The position numbers and the translations under genes were made by a program. From Bacteroidota bacterium (lineage in GTDB: Bacteria; Bacteroidota; Bacteroidia; Bacteroidales; PUMT01), in the NCBI GenBank assembly GCA_003551495.1, contig PUMT01000010.1, positions 1-62,749 on the forward strand: 62,749 bases of DNA. The letters run 5' to 3'. Positions 32,379 to 42,568 of this stretch are shown one piece after another (the stretch's first letter is position 1; each line of letters begins with the position of its first letter). The notes under the pieces are model-generated. The model had not been told where the DNA came from. It searched no databases and was given only the letters and a program-made list of their open reading frames with translations.

Positions 32379-33602
32379 ATGGAACTTGATAAAAGAAACC
32401 TTTTTAATATGCCTTGGTCAACAAATGACAGTCCGTTAGGCTGGGTCGAGGTGACTGATGTGTGCAATATTAAATGCAGGGGATGCTATCGCAGGAACAG
32501 GTCAGGGCATAAACCAATTGATCAGCTGAGAAATGAGGTGTTGTTTTTGAAGAAGTGGCGCAATTCCGATTCCATTGCAATTGCCGGCGGTGAACCAACC
32601 TTGCATCCGGATATTTATGAACTGATAAGGTTTATTAGGGAAAACAGGATGAAGTCCCTTATAATCACAAATGGTTACGGATTAACCAAAGAAAGGTTGA
32701 CTGAACTGAGGTCGGCCGGGTTAACGGGACTGAGTTTTAATATCAATGCCTCCCAGGAACGGCCTGATCTCCGGGATCTGGATGAAGTGAACAATACAAC
32801 AATAAATGATATAAGGTTAAAATATGCCAGAATGGTGGCTGATGCCGGTGGTTTGACGGCAGGATTCAAAATTACGGTAGACAACCAGACTATAAATGAT
32901 GTTCCGGATTTTGTTCAGTGGGCTGTCGATAATCCGGGATTGATCAATAGTATTACATTGGTCACATTCAGGGGTTTACCCGTTAGTCCGGAATTTGAAT
33001 ATTTTGTAAACGGGGAAAAGATCAGCATCAGCACGGAGAGCCTAGGATATGCCATCAGTGTCCGGGAAAAAGAAAAGATCAGCGTTACCTCAAATGATAT
33101 TTACAAGGTAATAAGAAAACATTTTCCGGAATATGACGCCAGTTCATACCTTGGCGGAACTGCCGGCCATACCTCATTCAAATGGCTGCTGGGGAATATC
33201 ATTATGAATTCAAGGGGGAAAATGTTTGGTTCCTATGGGAAGAAGACAATGGAGATAATTCAGGCACTCTATCATTTTATTTACGGTTCATATCTTCTCC
33301 ACCTCAAAAAACGAAAATCTGTCAGGAAGATATTTTTCCTGGCCATGTTTGACAAAAATCTTAGAAGATCTTTCCGCAAATTCCTGAAATATATCCTGGT
33401 TAATCCGCTCAGGTTGTTTTACAGGATCAATATACTCAATATAGCTGTATTACAGGCACCTGATGTGCTGCCGGACGGAACGTGTGATATGTGTGAGAGC
33501 TGTCCCGACCTGTGTGTTTATGATGGCAAGCTTGTCCCCTCCTGCAGGCTGGATGAGTATATTCAGTATGGTGGACTGCTCCGCATTCAAAGGAAGGATT
33601 GA
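32379..33602 (+). CDS. Radical SAM protein of unknown function
   Basis: CNIKCRGC (CxxxCxxC), GGEPTLHP, ITNG; C-terminal CDMCESCPDLC...PSC cluster. Confidence 0.9.
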   Translation: MELDKRNLFNMPWSTNDSPLGWVEVTDVCNIKCRGCYRRNRSGHKPIDQLRNEVLFLKKWRNSDSIAIAGGEPTLHPDIYELIRFIRENRMKSLIITNGYGLTKERLTELRSAGLTGLSFNINASQERPDLRDLDEVNNTTINDIRLKYARMVADAGGLTAGFKITVDNQTINDVPDFVQWAVDNPGLINSITLVTFRGLPVSPEFEYFVNGEKISISTESLGYAISVREKEKISVTSNDIYKVIRKHFPEYDASSYLGGTAGHTSFKWLLGNIIMNSRGKMFGSYGKKTMEIIQALYHFIYGSYLLHLKKRKSVRKIFFLAMFDKNLRRSFRKFLKYILVNPLRLFYRINILNIAVLQAPDVLPDGTCDMCESCPDLCVYDGKLVPSCRLDEYIQYGGLLRIQRKD

Positions 33603-33790
33603 AAAAAAATGCTTCACAACTTTACCACCGTGAATAAGGGGTTTTCAGCCTCAGGAAAATTTTCAGTTGCTTAACAGATTCTTTAATAATAATTTGTATT
33701 TTAGAAATCTATTCAGAGCCTGGATCAGGTGTGTGGTAATGCATGGCACACGAGGCTTTAAAAGAAATCGGCAACGAAAATAACAGAGAA

Positions 33791-35581
33791 ATGGAACCAG
33801 ATATTATTATAGCATTGATAATCCTCAGCGTCACAATAATAATGCTGGTATTCGAAGTGGTCCGCATAGATATTGTTGCCATTGCCTGCATGCTGGCACT
33901 TGGCTGGACAGGAATATTAACCCCGCAGGAAATGTTTTCCGGGTTTTCAAGCAATGCCGTTATAGCCATGCTGAGCGTAATGATACTGGGGCGGGGCATT
34001 GTCCACACTGGGATAATGGACGAATTTTCAAAATTTATTATCAAAAAGGCCGGCACCAACCAGCGAAATTTAGTTGGCTTGCTGTCAGCTTCAACCGGCG
34101 TGCTGTCGGGGTTAATTCAAAATATTGGTGCTGCTGCACTGTTTTTGCCCGGGGTTATTAAGGTTTCACGTCGAACAAAGATCCCGGCATCATCGCTTAT
34201 TATGCCCATAGGGTTTGCTGCCATACTGGGAGGCACACTTACCATGGTTGGTTCCGGTCAGCTTATCCTGGTGAATGATCTTTTAAGAAACGAGGGGCAT
34301 GACGCATATAACCTGTTCAGTGTAACCCCTGTTGGAATTGTACTCCTGTTATCGGGTATTGTTTACTTCCTGCTGCTGGGAAGTAAAGTCCTGCCAAAAA
34401 AAGAAATTGGGGAAACTGGCAAAACAGAGCAGGAAAGACTGGTGGAGAAGCTGAATTTGCCAGACAGCGTGAAATTTCTTTCCATTGACCAGAATAGTCC
34501 CCTGATTGACAAAACACCGGAACAGGCTGGCTTGTGGGATAAATACCATGTAAACCTGCTGGGTATCGGAAAGGGAGATGAGGTGGTTTACGCCCCATGG
34601 CGTGAAACCAAACTTGCTGAGGGGCAAATACTTGCTGTTCTGGGCTCTGCCGGGAACATTGAGCGGTTTTCAAAGGACTATAAGCTTGAGGACGTTTCTG
34701 GTTCACGTTATTTCTCCGATGATTTTAATCCGAATGTTAGTGGTTTTGCGGAGATAATAATTCCGCCGGGCTCTGAACTCACCGGAAAAAGTATCAGAGA
34801 GTATTCTTTACGAAAACGATACGCTGTTGAACCTGTAATACTCTTCAATAAAGGAGAAAGAGTAGATGGTGATTTTTCTGATGTCGAAATCCGCCCGGGC
34901 GACTCCCTTATTATTTATGGACGGTGGGATAATGTTAAAGGATTGAAAGAGAGCACTGATTTTGTTGTCCTAACAGGCTTTGATGTGGATAAAAAAGAGA
35001 AGTCAAAAACATGGCCGGCAATAGGCTGCTTTGTTTTTGCCATTATCCTGGCAATGGCTGGATTTCCCATCTCGATGGCTTTTTTAACAGGCGCCGTTTG
35101 TATGGTCTTTACCCGTGTGCTCAATATTGGTGAAGCCTATGAAGCTATTGACTGGAAAGTGGTTTTTTTGCTGGCAGGTTTAATCCCTTTGGGAGTGGCC
35201 ATGCAAAACACAGGCGCCGCTATGTTCCTTGCTGAATCTGTTATGAAAGTGGTTGTTGATTTGCATCCCGTTTACTTCGTTCTGATGGTTGGGGTGTTGT
35301 CAACCGTCTTTTCACTGTTTATGTCCAATGTCGGGGCTATTGTAGTGCTGGCCCCACTGGTAATGGGAATGGCCGGAATTGCAGACATTGACCCCCGGCC
35401 ACTTGTACTGATGGCAGCTGTTTGTGCATCCAACTCCTTTATTCTGCCAACCCATCAGGTGAATGCTTTCCTTATGTCGTCGGGAGGATATCGCAACGCT
35501 GATTACATAAAGGCCGGGAGTGGAATGACAATTATTTTTCTGGTAATTACTGTTATTATGTTCTATTTCTTCATCATATAA
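33791..35581 (+). CDS. SLC13/CitMHS family anion permease with two TrkA-C (RCK_C) domains
   Basis: Many TM helices, LGGTLTMVG, IDWKVVFLLAG.IPLG.AM..TG, GGYR..DY.KAG; start reassigned to MEPDII at 33791. Confidence 0.88.
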   Translation: MEPDIIIALIILSVTIIMLVFEVVRIDIVAIACMLALGWTGILTPQEMFSGFSSNAVIAMLSVMILGRGIVHTGIMDEFSKFIIKKAGTNQRNLVGLLSASTGVLSGLIQNIGAAALFLPGVIKVSRRTKIPASSLIMPIGFAAILGGTLTMVGSGQLILVNDLLRNEGHDAYNLFSVTPVGIVLLLSGIVYFLLLGSKVLPKKEIGETGKTEQERLVEKLNLPDSVKFLSIDQNSPLIDKTPEQAGLWDKYHVNLLGIGKGDEVVYAPWRETKLAEGQILAVLGSAGNIERFSKDYKLEDVSGSRYFSDDFNPNVSGFAEIIIPPGSELTGKSIREYSLRKRYAVEPVILFNKGERVDGDFSDVEIRPGDSLIIYGRWDNVKGLKESTDFVVLTGFDVDKKEKSKTWPAIGCFVFAIILAMAGFPISMAFLTGAVCMVFTRVLNIGEAYEAIDWKVVFLLAGLIPLGVAMQNTGAAMFLAESVMKVVVDLHPVYFVLMVGVLSTVFSLFMSNVGAIVVLAPLVMGMAGIADIDPRPLVLMAAVCASNSFILPTHQVNAFLMSSGGYRNADYIKAGSGMTIIFLVITVIMFYFFII

Positions 35582-35616
35582 ACAAATATGTCAAAACCAA
35601 CTAAAAACCCTTTTTT

Positions 35617-37065
35617 ATGCTGATTAAACATTTTTTTATCAACAAGATCGCACACAGTTCATACATTCTGGCCGGGTCAGATATTTGTGCTGTTATTGAC
35701 CCGCAACGTGACACTGATATTTATCTTGAAGAGGCCCGTGCGCTGGGTGTGGAGATCACTCATATCCTGCAGACCCACCTCCACGCCGATTTTATTTCGG
35801 GGCATATGGATCTGGCTGAAAAAACGGGAGCCAAAATCTATGTGGCCAAATCGGCTAAATGCACCTTCGACCATGTTGCATTAAGCGAAGGCGATACCAT
35901 TGAAATTGAAAATATGATCGTCAAAGTTTTGGAGACTCCCGGCCATACACCCGAACATTTGTGCTTCGTGGTAGTTGATACTTCCCGGGGGGAAGACCCA
36001 GTATGTGCTTTCGTGGGAGACACTCTCTTTGTCGGCGATGTGGGGAGACCCGACCTCTTCCCCGATATGGCCGTGGAGCTTGCCGGCAAGCTTTACCACA
36101 GCCTGCATGACAAAATTTTAAAACTGCCTGACTTTTGCGAAGTACTGCCTGCACACGGTGCCGGTTCTCTCTGCGGAAGGGCAATGGGCGCCAAACGACA
36201 CTCCACCATCGGCTACGAAAGAAAATACAATGCTGCACTACAAATTAAAGATAAGGATGAGTTTATCAGGTCGCTTACCGAAAATATGCCCCCCGCACCC
36301 GACCACTTCAGCCGTTGCAGCGACATTAACCGGAAAGGGCCTGCCCTAATCTCACAACTGCCAAGAATGCAGGAGCTTAACCCAAAAGTGTTCAGGGAAA
36401 TGATTGAAAAGGAAAATGTTGCTGTTGTTGATACCCGCAGCTACCTTGCTTTTGGCAGCCAGCACATTCCGGGATCATGGAGCCTCGACTTCAACGGCAA
36501 TCTGCCAACCTTTGCCGGCTGGGTACTGCCACTCGACAAAGACCTGCTGGTTGTATCAGACAGTTTCAGGGAAGCGGAAAAAACAAATGTCTGGCTAAGG
36601 CGCGTGGGACAGGACCGAATTGTAGGTTATCTGGATGGAGGAATGGCCGGATGGGCAGTGAAGGGATACAGAACCAGTTCAATTGCCCAGGTATCAGCAG
36701 AAGATCTTCACGATATGGCAACAGGATCCGATAAATTCGTTTTGCTTGATGTAAGGGCACCGCAGGAATATGAAAACAGCCATATCGAAGGTTCCGTCAA
36801 CATTCCTGTGGCCGATTTGCGTGAAAGGCATACAAAGCTGAACAAGGAAGTTCCCATTATCATTATATGCAGCTCAGGTAACCGCAGCAGTCTGGCTGCA
36901 AGCATTCTGGGACAACACGGTTTTAAGAGGCTGTTCAATGTAGCAGGAGGCATAACCGGATATAGCGCTGCAGGCTACACCAAACGCTGTTCAGTTTGCC
37001 AAAACCCTCACGGCTCAAGGTTTTATTCAAAAGTAGAAGAAGTGAAAACCCATTTTAACCAGTAA
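35617..37065 (+). CDS. MBL-fold persulfide-dioxygenase-like hydrolase fused to two rhodanese domains (CstB/Blh-like)
   Basis: THLHADFISG, TPGHTPEH, GDTLFVGDVGRPDL, PAHGAGSLCG; second rhodanese has the CSSGNRS active loop. Confidence 0.9.
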   Translation: MLIKHFFINKIAHSSYILAGSDICAVIDPQRDTDIYLEEARALGVEITHILQTHLHADFISGHMDLAEKTGAKIYVAKSAKCTFDHVALSEGDTIEIENMIVKVLETPGHTPEHLCFVVVDTSRGEDPVCAFVGDTLFVGDVGRPDLFPDMAVELAGKLYHSLHDKILKLPDFCEVLPAHGAGSLCGRAMGAKRHSTIGYERKYNAALQIKDKDEFIRSLTENMPPAPDHFSRCSDINRKGPALISQLPRMQELNPKVFREMIEKENVAVVDTRSYLAFGSQHIPGSWSLDFNGNLPTFAGWVLPLDKDLLVVSDSFREAEKTNVWLRRVGQDRIVGYLDGGMAGWAVKGYRTSSIAQVSAEDLHDMATGSDKFVLLDVRAPQEYENSHIEGSVNIPVADLRERHTKLNKEVPIIIICSSGNRSSLAASILGQHGFKRLFNVAGGITGYSAAGYTKRCSVCQNPHGSRFYSKVEEVKTHFNQ

Positions 37066-37070
37066 AAAAT

Positions 37071-37604
37071 ATGGAAACAATTGCTTCAGTTTTGACAAGC
37101 ACCAACTGGTCTCCCTATGCGGCAGGTATCGGCATAGGTGTATTGAGTTGGTTTAGCTTCCTTATCTCGGGCAAGCCCATTGCCACATCAACATCATTTG
37201 CCCAAACCAGCGGGATGATTGAAAGTATGATTTCAGGAGAAAAAGCCAAACAGAGGCCCTATTACAAAAAAATTAAACTTCGCATAAACTGGCAGTGGAT
37301 GCTGGTTGTAGGAGTCGTGGCAGGGTCATTCCTTTCGGCAATTATCTCCGGCGATTTTCAGGTTGGGGTCTGGGTACCATCACTCTGGGCTTCAGCTTTT
37401 GGCGAGGGTGCACTACTTAGGGTACTTGTTGCTTTAGCCGGTGGTATCATTCTTGGCTTTGGAGCCCGCTTTGCCGACGGATGCACCAGTGGACATGGAA
37501 TAAGCGGAACAATGCAACTGGCAGTTTCGAGCTGGATTTCGGCTATATTCTTTTTTATCGGGGGCATTCTAACTGCCCATATCATTTATTATTTTATAGC
37601 TTAA
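37071..37604 (+). CDS. YeeE/YedE family sulfur-compound transporter subunit
   Basis: WSPYAAG, FGARFADGCTSGHGISG. Confidence 0.88.
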   Translation: METIASVLTSTNWSPYAAGIGIGVLSWFSFLISGKPIATSTSFAQTSGMIESMISGEKAKQRPYYKKIKLRINWQWMLVVGVVAGSFLSAIISGDFQVGVWVPSLWASAFGEGALLRVLVALAGGIILGFGARFADGCTSGHGISGTMQLAVSSWISAIFFFIGGILTAHIIYYFIA

Positions 37605-37620
37605 CTCAAACCAGATAATT

Positions 37621-38217
37621 ATGGAACAAAAAAACAAAGTTGCAGAAACTTCAAAAGATGAAAAAAATCTGGTAGCAAAAGAAGATAAAAGACCCTTGTT
37701 CTTTGGCCTGGGTTTTGGCATCCTGTTTGGCTTTTTGCTGCACAAAGGAGGAGTAACCAATTACAATGTAATTGTTGGCCAGTTATTGCTCAACGATTTT
37801 ACGGTCTTGAAAATAATGCTCTCGGCAGTTGTAACCGGTATGATTGGTATTTATTTCATGAAATCTCTGGGCTGGATCGAGCTTTCACTGAAGAGCGGCT
37901 CATTCGGTATGAATGTTATAGGCGGTCTGATATTTGGTGTCGGCTTTGCCGTGCTGGGCTATTGCCCCGGCACCATTGCAGGAGCGATTGGTAATGGTTA
38001 TCTGGATGCAGTAACAGGTGGTCTGGCAGGCATTCTATTGGGTACCTGGATTTTTGCCATTATGTATCCAGGTCTTAAGGATGGTATCCTTAAAAAAGGT
38101 GATTTAGGGAGTATTACGATACCCCGCCTATTGAAAGTAAACGACTGGGGGGTAATTATACCTGTGGCCGGACTGATTATTCTTTTGCTGTTTTGGATTG
38201 AGAGAGCAGGTTTTTAA
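37621..38217 (+). CDS. YeeE/YedE family sulfur-compound transporter subunit
   Basis: FGILFGFLL.KGG, GGLIFGVGFA.LGYCPGT. Confidence 0.88.
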   Translation: MEQKNKVAETSKDEKNLVAKEDKRPLFFGLGFGILFGFLLHKGGVTNYNVIVGQLLLNDFTVLKIMLSAVVTGMIGIYFMKSLGWIELSLKSGSFGMNVIGGLIFGVGFAVLGYCPGTIAGAIGNGYLDAVTGGLAGILLGTWIFAIMYPGLKDGILKKGDLGSITIPRLLKVNDWGVIIPVAGLIILLLFWIERAGF

Positions 38218-38231
38218 AAATACAACTCATT

Positions 38232-38600
38232 ATGGAAACCTTTCTGAAAACTTTTTTTGAATATCTGTACATCGCCATAAGCAGTATTGGTGTGGCAATA
38301 ATTGTCTGGGGAGTGATTTTAACTGTTATCAGGTTATTGAGCCTTGAGTTCAACAGGTTTAAAAAAAAATCGATATACCATGAGCGAGAATCGGTACGCC
38401 ACCGGTTTGCCTCTTACCTGCTAATGGCGCTGGAATTTCTGATTGCAGCTGATATTATTGCCACGGTTATAAACCCAAAACTTGAAGGAATAGCTATTCT
38501 GGCCAGCATCGTAGCTATCAGAACAGTTTTAAGTTATTTTCTGGAAAAAGAAATTGATAAGTTCAATACGAGTAAACCTGTTGAGAAAAAAACAAGTTGA
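38232..38600 (+). CDS. DUF1622 family membrane protein
   Basis: LLMALEFLIAADII.T and IV.IRT.LSYFLEKEI. Confidence 0.85.
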   Translation: METFLKTFFEYLYIAISSIGVAIIVWGVILTVIRLLSLEFNRFKKKSIYHERESVRHRFASYLLMALEFLIAADIIATVINPKLEGIAILASIVAIRTVLSYFLEKEIDKFNTSKPVEKKTS

Positions 38601-38632
38601 CAGAAGAATTGAGCTGACTATTGTAGAGCCTG

Positions 38633-39055
38633 CTATCCGAAATATTTTTTATCCACGGAATATCTTCCTGAACCGTTATAAATTACAAAGATACTTGTAA
38701 GAAGCATCGAAATATCGAGCCTGGCGGAATGGGCAAATGCCCAGAAGCCATCTGAAAACTGAGGGAATTTAGTTGTGATAATTGCCACAACCATGGTAAT
38801 TGCCAGGGGTATAGCAGCCAGACGGGAAGCCAGCCCGATCAAAATCAGAAAACCTCCCAGAGTTTCAAAAAAGCCAACAAAATAAGCGGTAAATTCAGGG
38901 AATGGGAACCCCATTTCTATAAAACGACCTGGCCCCATATCATCGGGGAAAATGAACTTTTGCAAACCTGCAACAAGGAATACATAACCCAGGATAATTC
39001 GAACCAGCAGGTATCCGGTAATTTGATTGATTTGAAAAATTTTCTGCTTCATCAT
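38633..39055 (-). CDS. DoxX family membrane protein
   Basis: LVRIILG.VF..AG.QKF, GLASRLAAIPL, GSGRYSVD. Confidence 0.88.
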   Translation of the reverse strand: MMKQKIFQINQITGYLLVRIILGYVFLVAGLQKFIFPDDMGPGRFIEMGFPFPEFTAYFVGFFETLGGFLILIGLASRLAAIPLAITMVVAIITTKFPQFSDGFWAFAHSARLDISMLLTSIFVIYNGSGRYSVDKKYFG

Positions 39056-39223
39056 TTTAGTATTTGATGTTTAACAATTTCCATGCACTGTAACCCAAAG
39101 GTATGAAAATTAGTTTAAACATAACTTCCGGGTCTGTTATGAAAGAGAGTTATTAAACATTTGCTGTATCAGACTTGTTGTATATTTAAAATAAGGTTGT
39201 TGAACAGTAAAAAAACAAGTGAT

Positions 39224-39547
39224 ATGGATTTGGGTAATAAAAAATGCAAACCTTGTGAAGGGGGAATACCTCCGATGGACAGGAAGGAGATTGAGAAGTA
39301 CATGCAGGAGATAAACAGAGAATGGCAGGTTGTGGATGACAGGAAAATAACCAGGGAGTTCAAGCTTGTCAATTTCAGGCATGCAATGGTTTTTGTAAAC
39401 AAAGTAGCTGACCTTGCTGAGGATGAAGACCATCATCCTGATATACACATATTCTACGCCAGGGTTGTTATAGAACTCTCAACACATGCAATCAAGGGGT
39501 TGTCAGAGAATGATTTCATTCTTGCCTATAAAATTGATCAGTTGTAG
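39224..39547 (+). CDS. Pterin-4-alpha-carbinolamine dehydratase
   Basis: C.PCEGG, AE.EDHHPD, THAIKGLSENDFILA.KID; start reassigned to 39224. Confidence 0.92.
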   Translation: MDLGNKKCKPCEGGIPPMDRKEIEKYMQEINREWQVVDDRKITREFKLVNFRHAMVFVNKVADLAEDEDHHPDIHIFYARVVIELSTHAIKGLSENDFILAYKIDQL

Positions 39548-39617
39548 AGCTTTTTAATGCTCACTGAAATTGTGCATAATCCGGGTGTAAATTATTATAT
39601 TTCGGGTTTTATAGCTC

Positions 39618-40106
39618 ATGGCAAACAACATCACCATAAGGGAAGTCAAAAAGGAAGACAATTTAAATCTGGCTAAGCTGATCCGTAAAGTTTTTGACGA
39701 ACATAACGCACCCCGTCAGGGCACTGTATATTCCGACCCAACAACCGACAACCTGAGCGCTCTTTTCAGCAGAAGTAATTCCCTTCTACTGGTTGCAGAG
39801 GTGGAAGGACAAATATGCGGCTGCTGCGGGGTATATCCAACCGAAGGACTGGATAAAGATACGGCTGAGCTTGTAAAGTATTACCTTCACAGGGATTACC
39901 GGGGAATGGGTATTGGAAGGACTCTCATGGAGAAATGCATAGAGGCAGCAAAATCGATGGGATACAAAAAACTCTATATAGAAAGTATGCCGGAATTTTC
40001 ACATGCAGTGAGGATATACGAAAAACAGGGGTTCAGGAATATAAGCCACCCTCTTGGCAAATCCGGCCATACATCCTGCAGCATCTGGATGATCAGGGAT
40101 TTGTGA
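39618..40106 (+). CDS. GNAT family N-acetyltransferase
   Basis: YRGMGIGRTL acetyl-CoA motif, A.RIYEK.GF. Confidence 0.9.
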   Translation: MANNITIREVKKEDNLNLAKLIRKVFDEHNAPRQGTVYSDPTTDNLSALFSRSNSLLLVAEVEGQICGCCGVYPTEGLDKDTAELVKYYLHRDYRGMGIGRTLMEKCIEAAKSMGYKKLYIESMPEFSHAVRIYEKQGFRNISHPLGKSGHTSCSIWMIRDL

Positions 40107-40248
40107 AACAGCAATAGAAGCGTCCTGCAAAACAACTTTTCCAATCAGGGACTTTATTGCCTGATATGTTTTATCAGTTGGAAATTTTATTTACATTTAT
40201 CCTGTAAAAAACGAGTTAATAGTTTAGTAAACCAAACAAACCTACACC

Positions 40249-41937
40249 ATGAAAAAGCTTTTTCTTTGTTTATTTCTAATCACTTATTCCCTGAGTATGT
40301 TTTCACAAGACCGTATCACCGGCAGAAATTTTGCCTCACGCTCTGAAGTTCTGGGTCAGTACGGAATGGCCGCTACAAGCCAGCCTCTTGCCACACAGGT
40401 GGCTGTTGATATTCTGAAGCAGGGCGGATCGGCTGTTGATGCCGCTATTGCAGCAAATGCTATGCTGGGACTTACAGAGCCCACCGGATGCGGAATTGGT
40501 GGTGACCTTTTTGCTATAGTCTGGTGCGCCGAAACTGAACAGCTTTACGGACTGAACGCAAGCGGGCGCTCTCCAAAGTCACTTACACTGGAATGGTTCA
40601 AAGAGAATGACTACAACAGGATCCCTTCACGCGGACCTCTTTCCGTGAGCGTACCCGGTGCAGTTGACGGATGGTTTGAACTGCATGAGCGTTTCGGGAA
40701 ACTGTCCATGGAAAAGATACTTGAGCCTTCAATATTTTATGGCCGTGAAGGTTTTCCGGTAACTGAAGTTATTGCCTACTACCTTGAACGAGGTATAAGG
40801 TCGCTTTCCAGGTATCCCAATTTCTCAGAAACATTCTCCCCTGATGGAACCATACCCGGAAAAGGGGAAATTTTCAGAAACCCCGACCTGGCAAACACAT
40901 ATGAAAGAATTGCCAGGGGAGGACGCGAAGAGTTTTACCGCGGGGATATAGCACGGACTTTAGGCGAATATATTGAAGAGCAGGGAGGATTCCTTTCCTA
41001 TGAAGATATGGCAGCCCACACATCTGAATGGGTTGAGCCGGCATCAACCAATTACAGGGGCTATGACGTTTGGCAAATCCCGCCGAACGGACAGGGTATT
41101 GCCGTACTTCAGATTCTCAATATACTTGAAGGCTACGATATTGCTTCAATGGGATTTGGTAGTGCTGAATATTTGCATCATTTCATCGAAGCCAAAAAGC
41201 TTGCTTTTGAAGACAGGGCGAAGTATTATGCTGATATGGATTTCAGCGATGTACCCCTTGAAAGACTTATTTCAAAGGATTATGCTGATGAAAGAAGGAG
41301 ACTTATTGATCCTGACAGGGCAGCAAGAACCTACGAGCCCGGAATACCTGACGCCCCAAACACCATTTATCTCACTACAGCCGATAAGGATGGCAATATG
41401 GTCTCTCTTATTCAAAGCAACTACCGTGGGATGGGTTCCGGTATGACTCCGTGGGGACTCGGATTTGTGCTCCAGACTCGCGGTGAAGCATTCAATCTTG
41501 AGGAAGGCCACTTCAATACCTATGAGCCCGGCAAGCGCCCCTTCCATACAATTATACCAGGATTCGTCACAAAAGACGGCAGGCCGTATATGAGCTTCGG
41601 CGTAATGGGTGGTGACTTCCAGCCTCAAGGGCATGCACAGATCGTAATCAACATGGTTGATTTCGGGATGAACCTGCAGGAAGCTGGTGATGCACCCAGG
41701 ATCAGGCATATGGGATCATCCCAACCTACAGGCGAGACAATGACAGGAGGTGGAACAGTTAATCTTGAAAGCGGTTTCGATTTTGAGGTGATAAGGGAAT
41801 TGCTTGGCAAAGGCCACAGGATCCAATGGAATGTTGGAGGATTCGGAGGCTACCAGGCAATTATGTACGACTGGGTAAACAATGTTTATTATGGTGCATC
41901 CGAGTCGAGGAAAGACGGACAAGCTGCAGGATATTAA
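40249..41937 (+). CDS. ggt: Gamma-glutamyltransferase
   Basis: GGSAVDAAIA, GIGGD.F, PPNGQG, N-T autocleavage site (NTIYL), KRPFHTIIP, GVMGG..QPQG. Confidence 0.95.
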   Translation: MKKLFLCLFLITYSLSMFSQDRITGRNFASRSEVLGQYGMAATSQPLATQVAVDILKQGGSAVDAAIAANAMLGLTEPTGCGIGGDLFAIVWCAETEQLYGLNASGRSPKSLTLEWFKENDYNRIPSRGPLSVSVPGAVDGWFELHERFGKLSMEKILEPSIFYGREGFPVTEVIAYYLERGIRSLSRYPNFSETFSPDGTIPGKGEIFRNPDLANTYERIARGGREEFYRGDIARTLGEYIEEQGGFLSYEDMAAHTSEWVEPASTNYRGYDVWQIPPNGQGIAVLQILNILEGYDIASMGFGSAEYLHHFIEAKKLAFEDRAKYYADMDFSDVPLERLISKDYADERRRLIDPDRAARTYEPGIPDAPNTIYLTTADKDGNMVSLIQSNYRGMGSGMTPWGLGFVLQTRGEAFNLEEGHFNTYEPGKRPFHTIIPGFVTKDGRPYMSFGVMGGDFQPQGHAQIVINMVDFGMNLQEAGDAPRIRHMGSSQPTGETMTGGGTVNLESGFDFEVIRELLGKGHRIQWNVGGFGGYQAIMYDWVNNVYYGASESRKDGQAAGY

Positions 41938-41939
41938 TT

Positions 41940-42512
41940 ATGATATCACCGGAAGAATTACTGGAGATAATCAGAAACAGGCAAAGCGACCGCAAATACC
42001 TTGAGAAAGCGGTCGAAAAGGAAAAACTGAACCGTTGCCTGGAAGCGGCAAGACTTGCACCATCTGCCTGCAATTCACAACCGTGGACCTTTATTGTGGT
42101 TGATGAACCGCAACTGAAAAATGCTGTTGCCGATACAACTGCAAACAGGCTGCTGCCCCTGAACCATTTCACCAAACAAGCCCCGGTACATATTGTAATT
42201 GTTGAGGAAAGGCCCAACCTGACATCCAAACTGGGAGAAATGATAAGGGACAAGAAATTCACTTCCATGGACGTTGGGATAAGTGCAATCCAGTTGTGCC
42301 TCCAGGCTGAAGCGGAAGGCCTGGGTACCTGTATGATAGGGTGGTTCAACGAGAAAAAGGTAAAAGAGTTGTTGAGCATACCGGAGTCAAAAAGGGCTTT
42401 GCTGATCATCACCCTTGGATATCCGGCAGGAAGAAAACGTAAAAAGATAAGAAAGGAGTTTTACAGTGTGGTAAAGTATAATAATTACCACAGCGATATA
42501 AATCAGGCCTGA
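41940..42512 (+). CDS. Nitroreductase family protein
   Basis: RQSDRKY, ARLAPSACNSQPW.F, GLGTCMIGWF; start reassigned to MISPEE at 41940. Confidence 0.92.
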   Translation: MISPEELLEIIRNRQSDRKYLEKAVEKEKLNRCLEAARLAPSACNSQPWTFIVVDEPQLKNAVADTTANRLLPLNHFTKQAPVHIVIVEERPNLTSKLGEMIRDKKFTSMDVGISAIQLCLQAEAEGLGTCMIGWFNEKKVKELLSIPESKRALLIITLGYPAGRKRKKIRKEFYSVVKYNNYHSDINQA

Positions 42513-42545
42513 TTACCGGGACTTGCCAGGGCAGTCCCGGTAAAA
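42513..42545. terminator. Hairpin between convergent genes
   Basis: TTACCGGGAC-TTGC-CAGG-GCA-GTCCCGGTAA inverted repeat. Confidence 0.6.
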
Positions 42546-42568
42546 CCTGATCCTGTTAAAAAATTTTA

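Noticed and set aside
41826..41939. N-terminal extension of the nitroreductase overlapping ggt, and similar long starts for ligA, sqr, tusE, dcp and gap
   Set aside because: Longest-ORF artefacts; family-typical N-termini begin at downstream ATGs.
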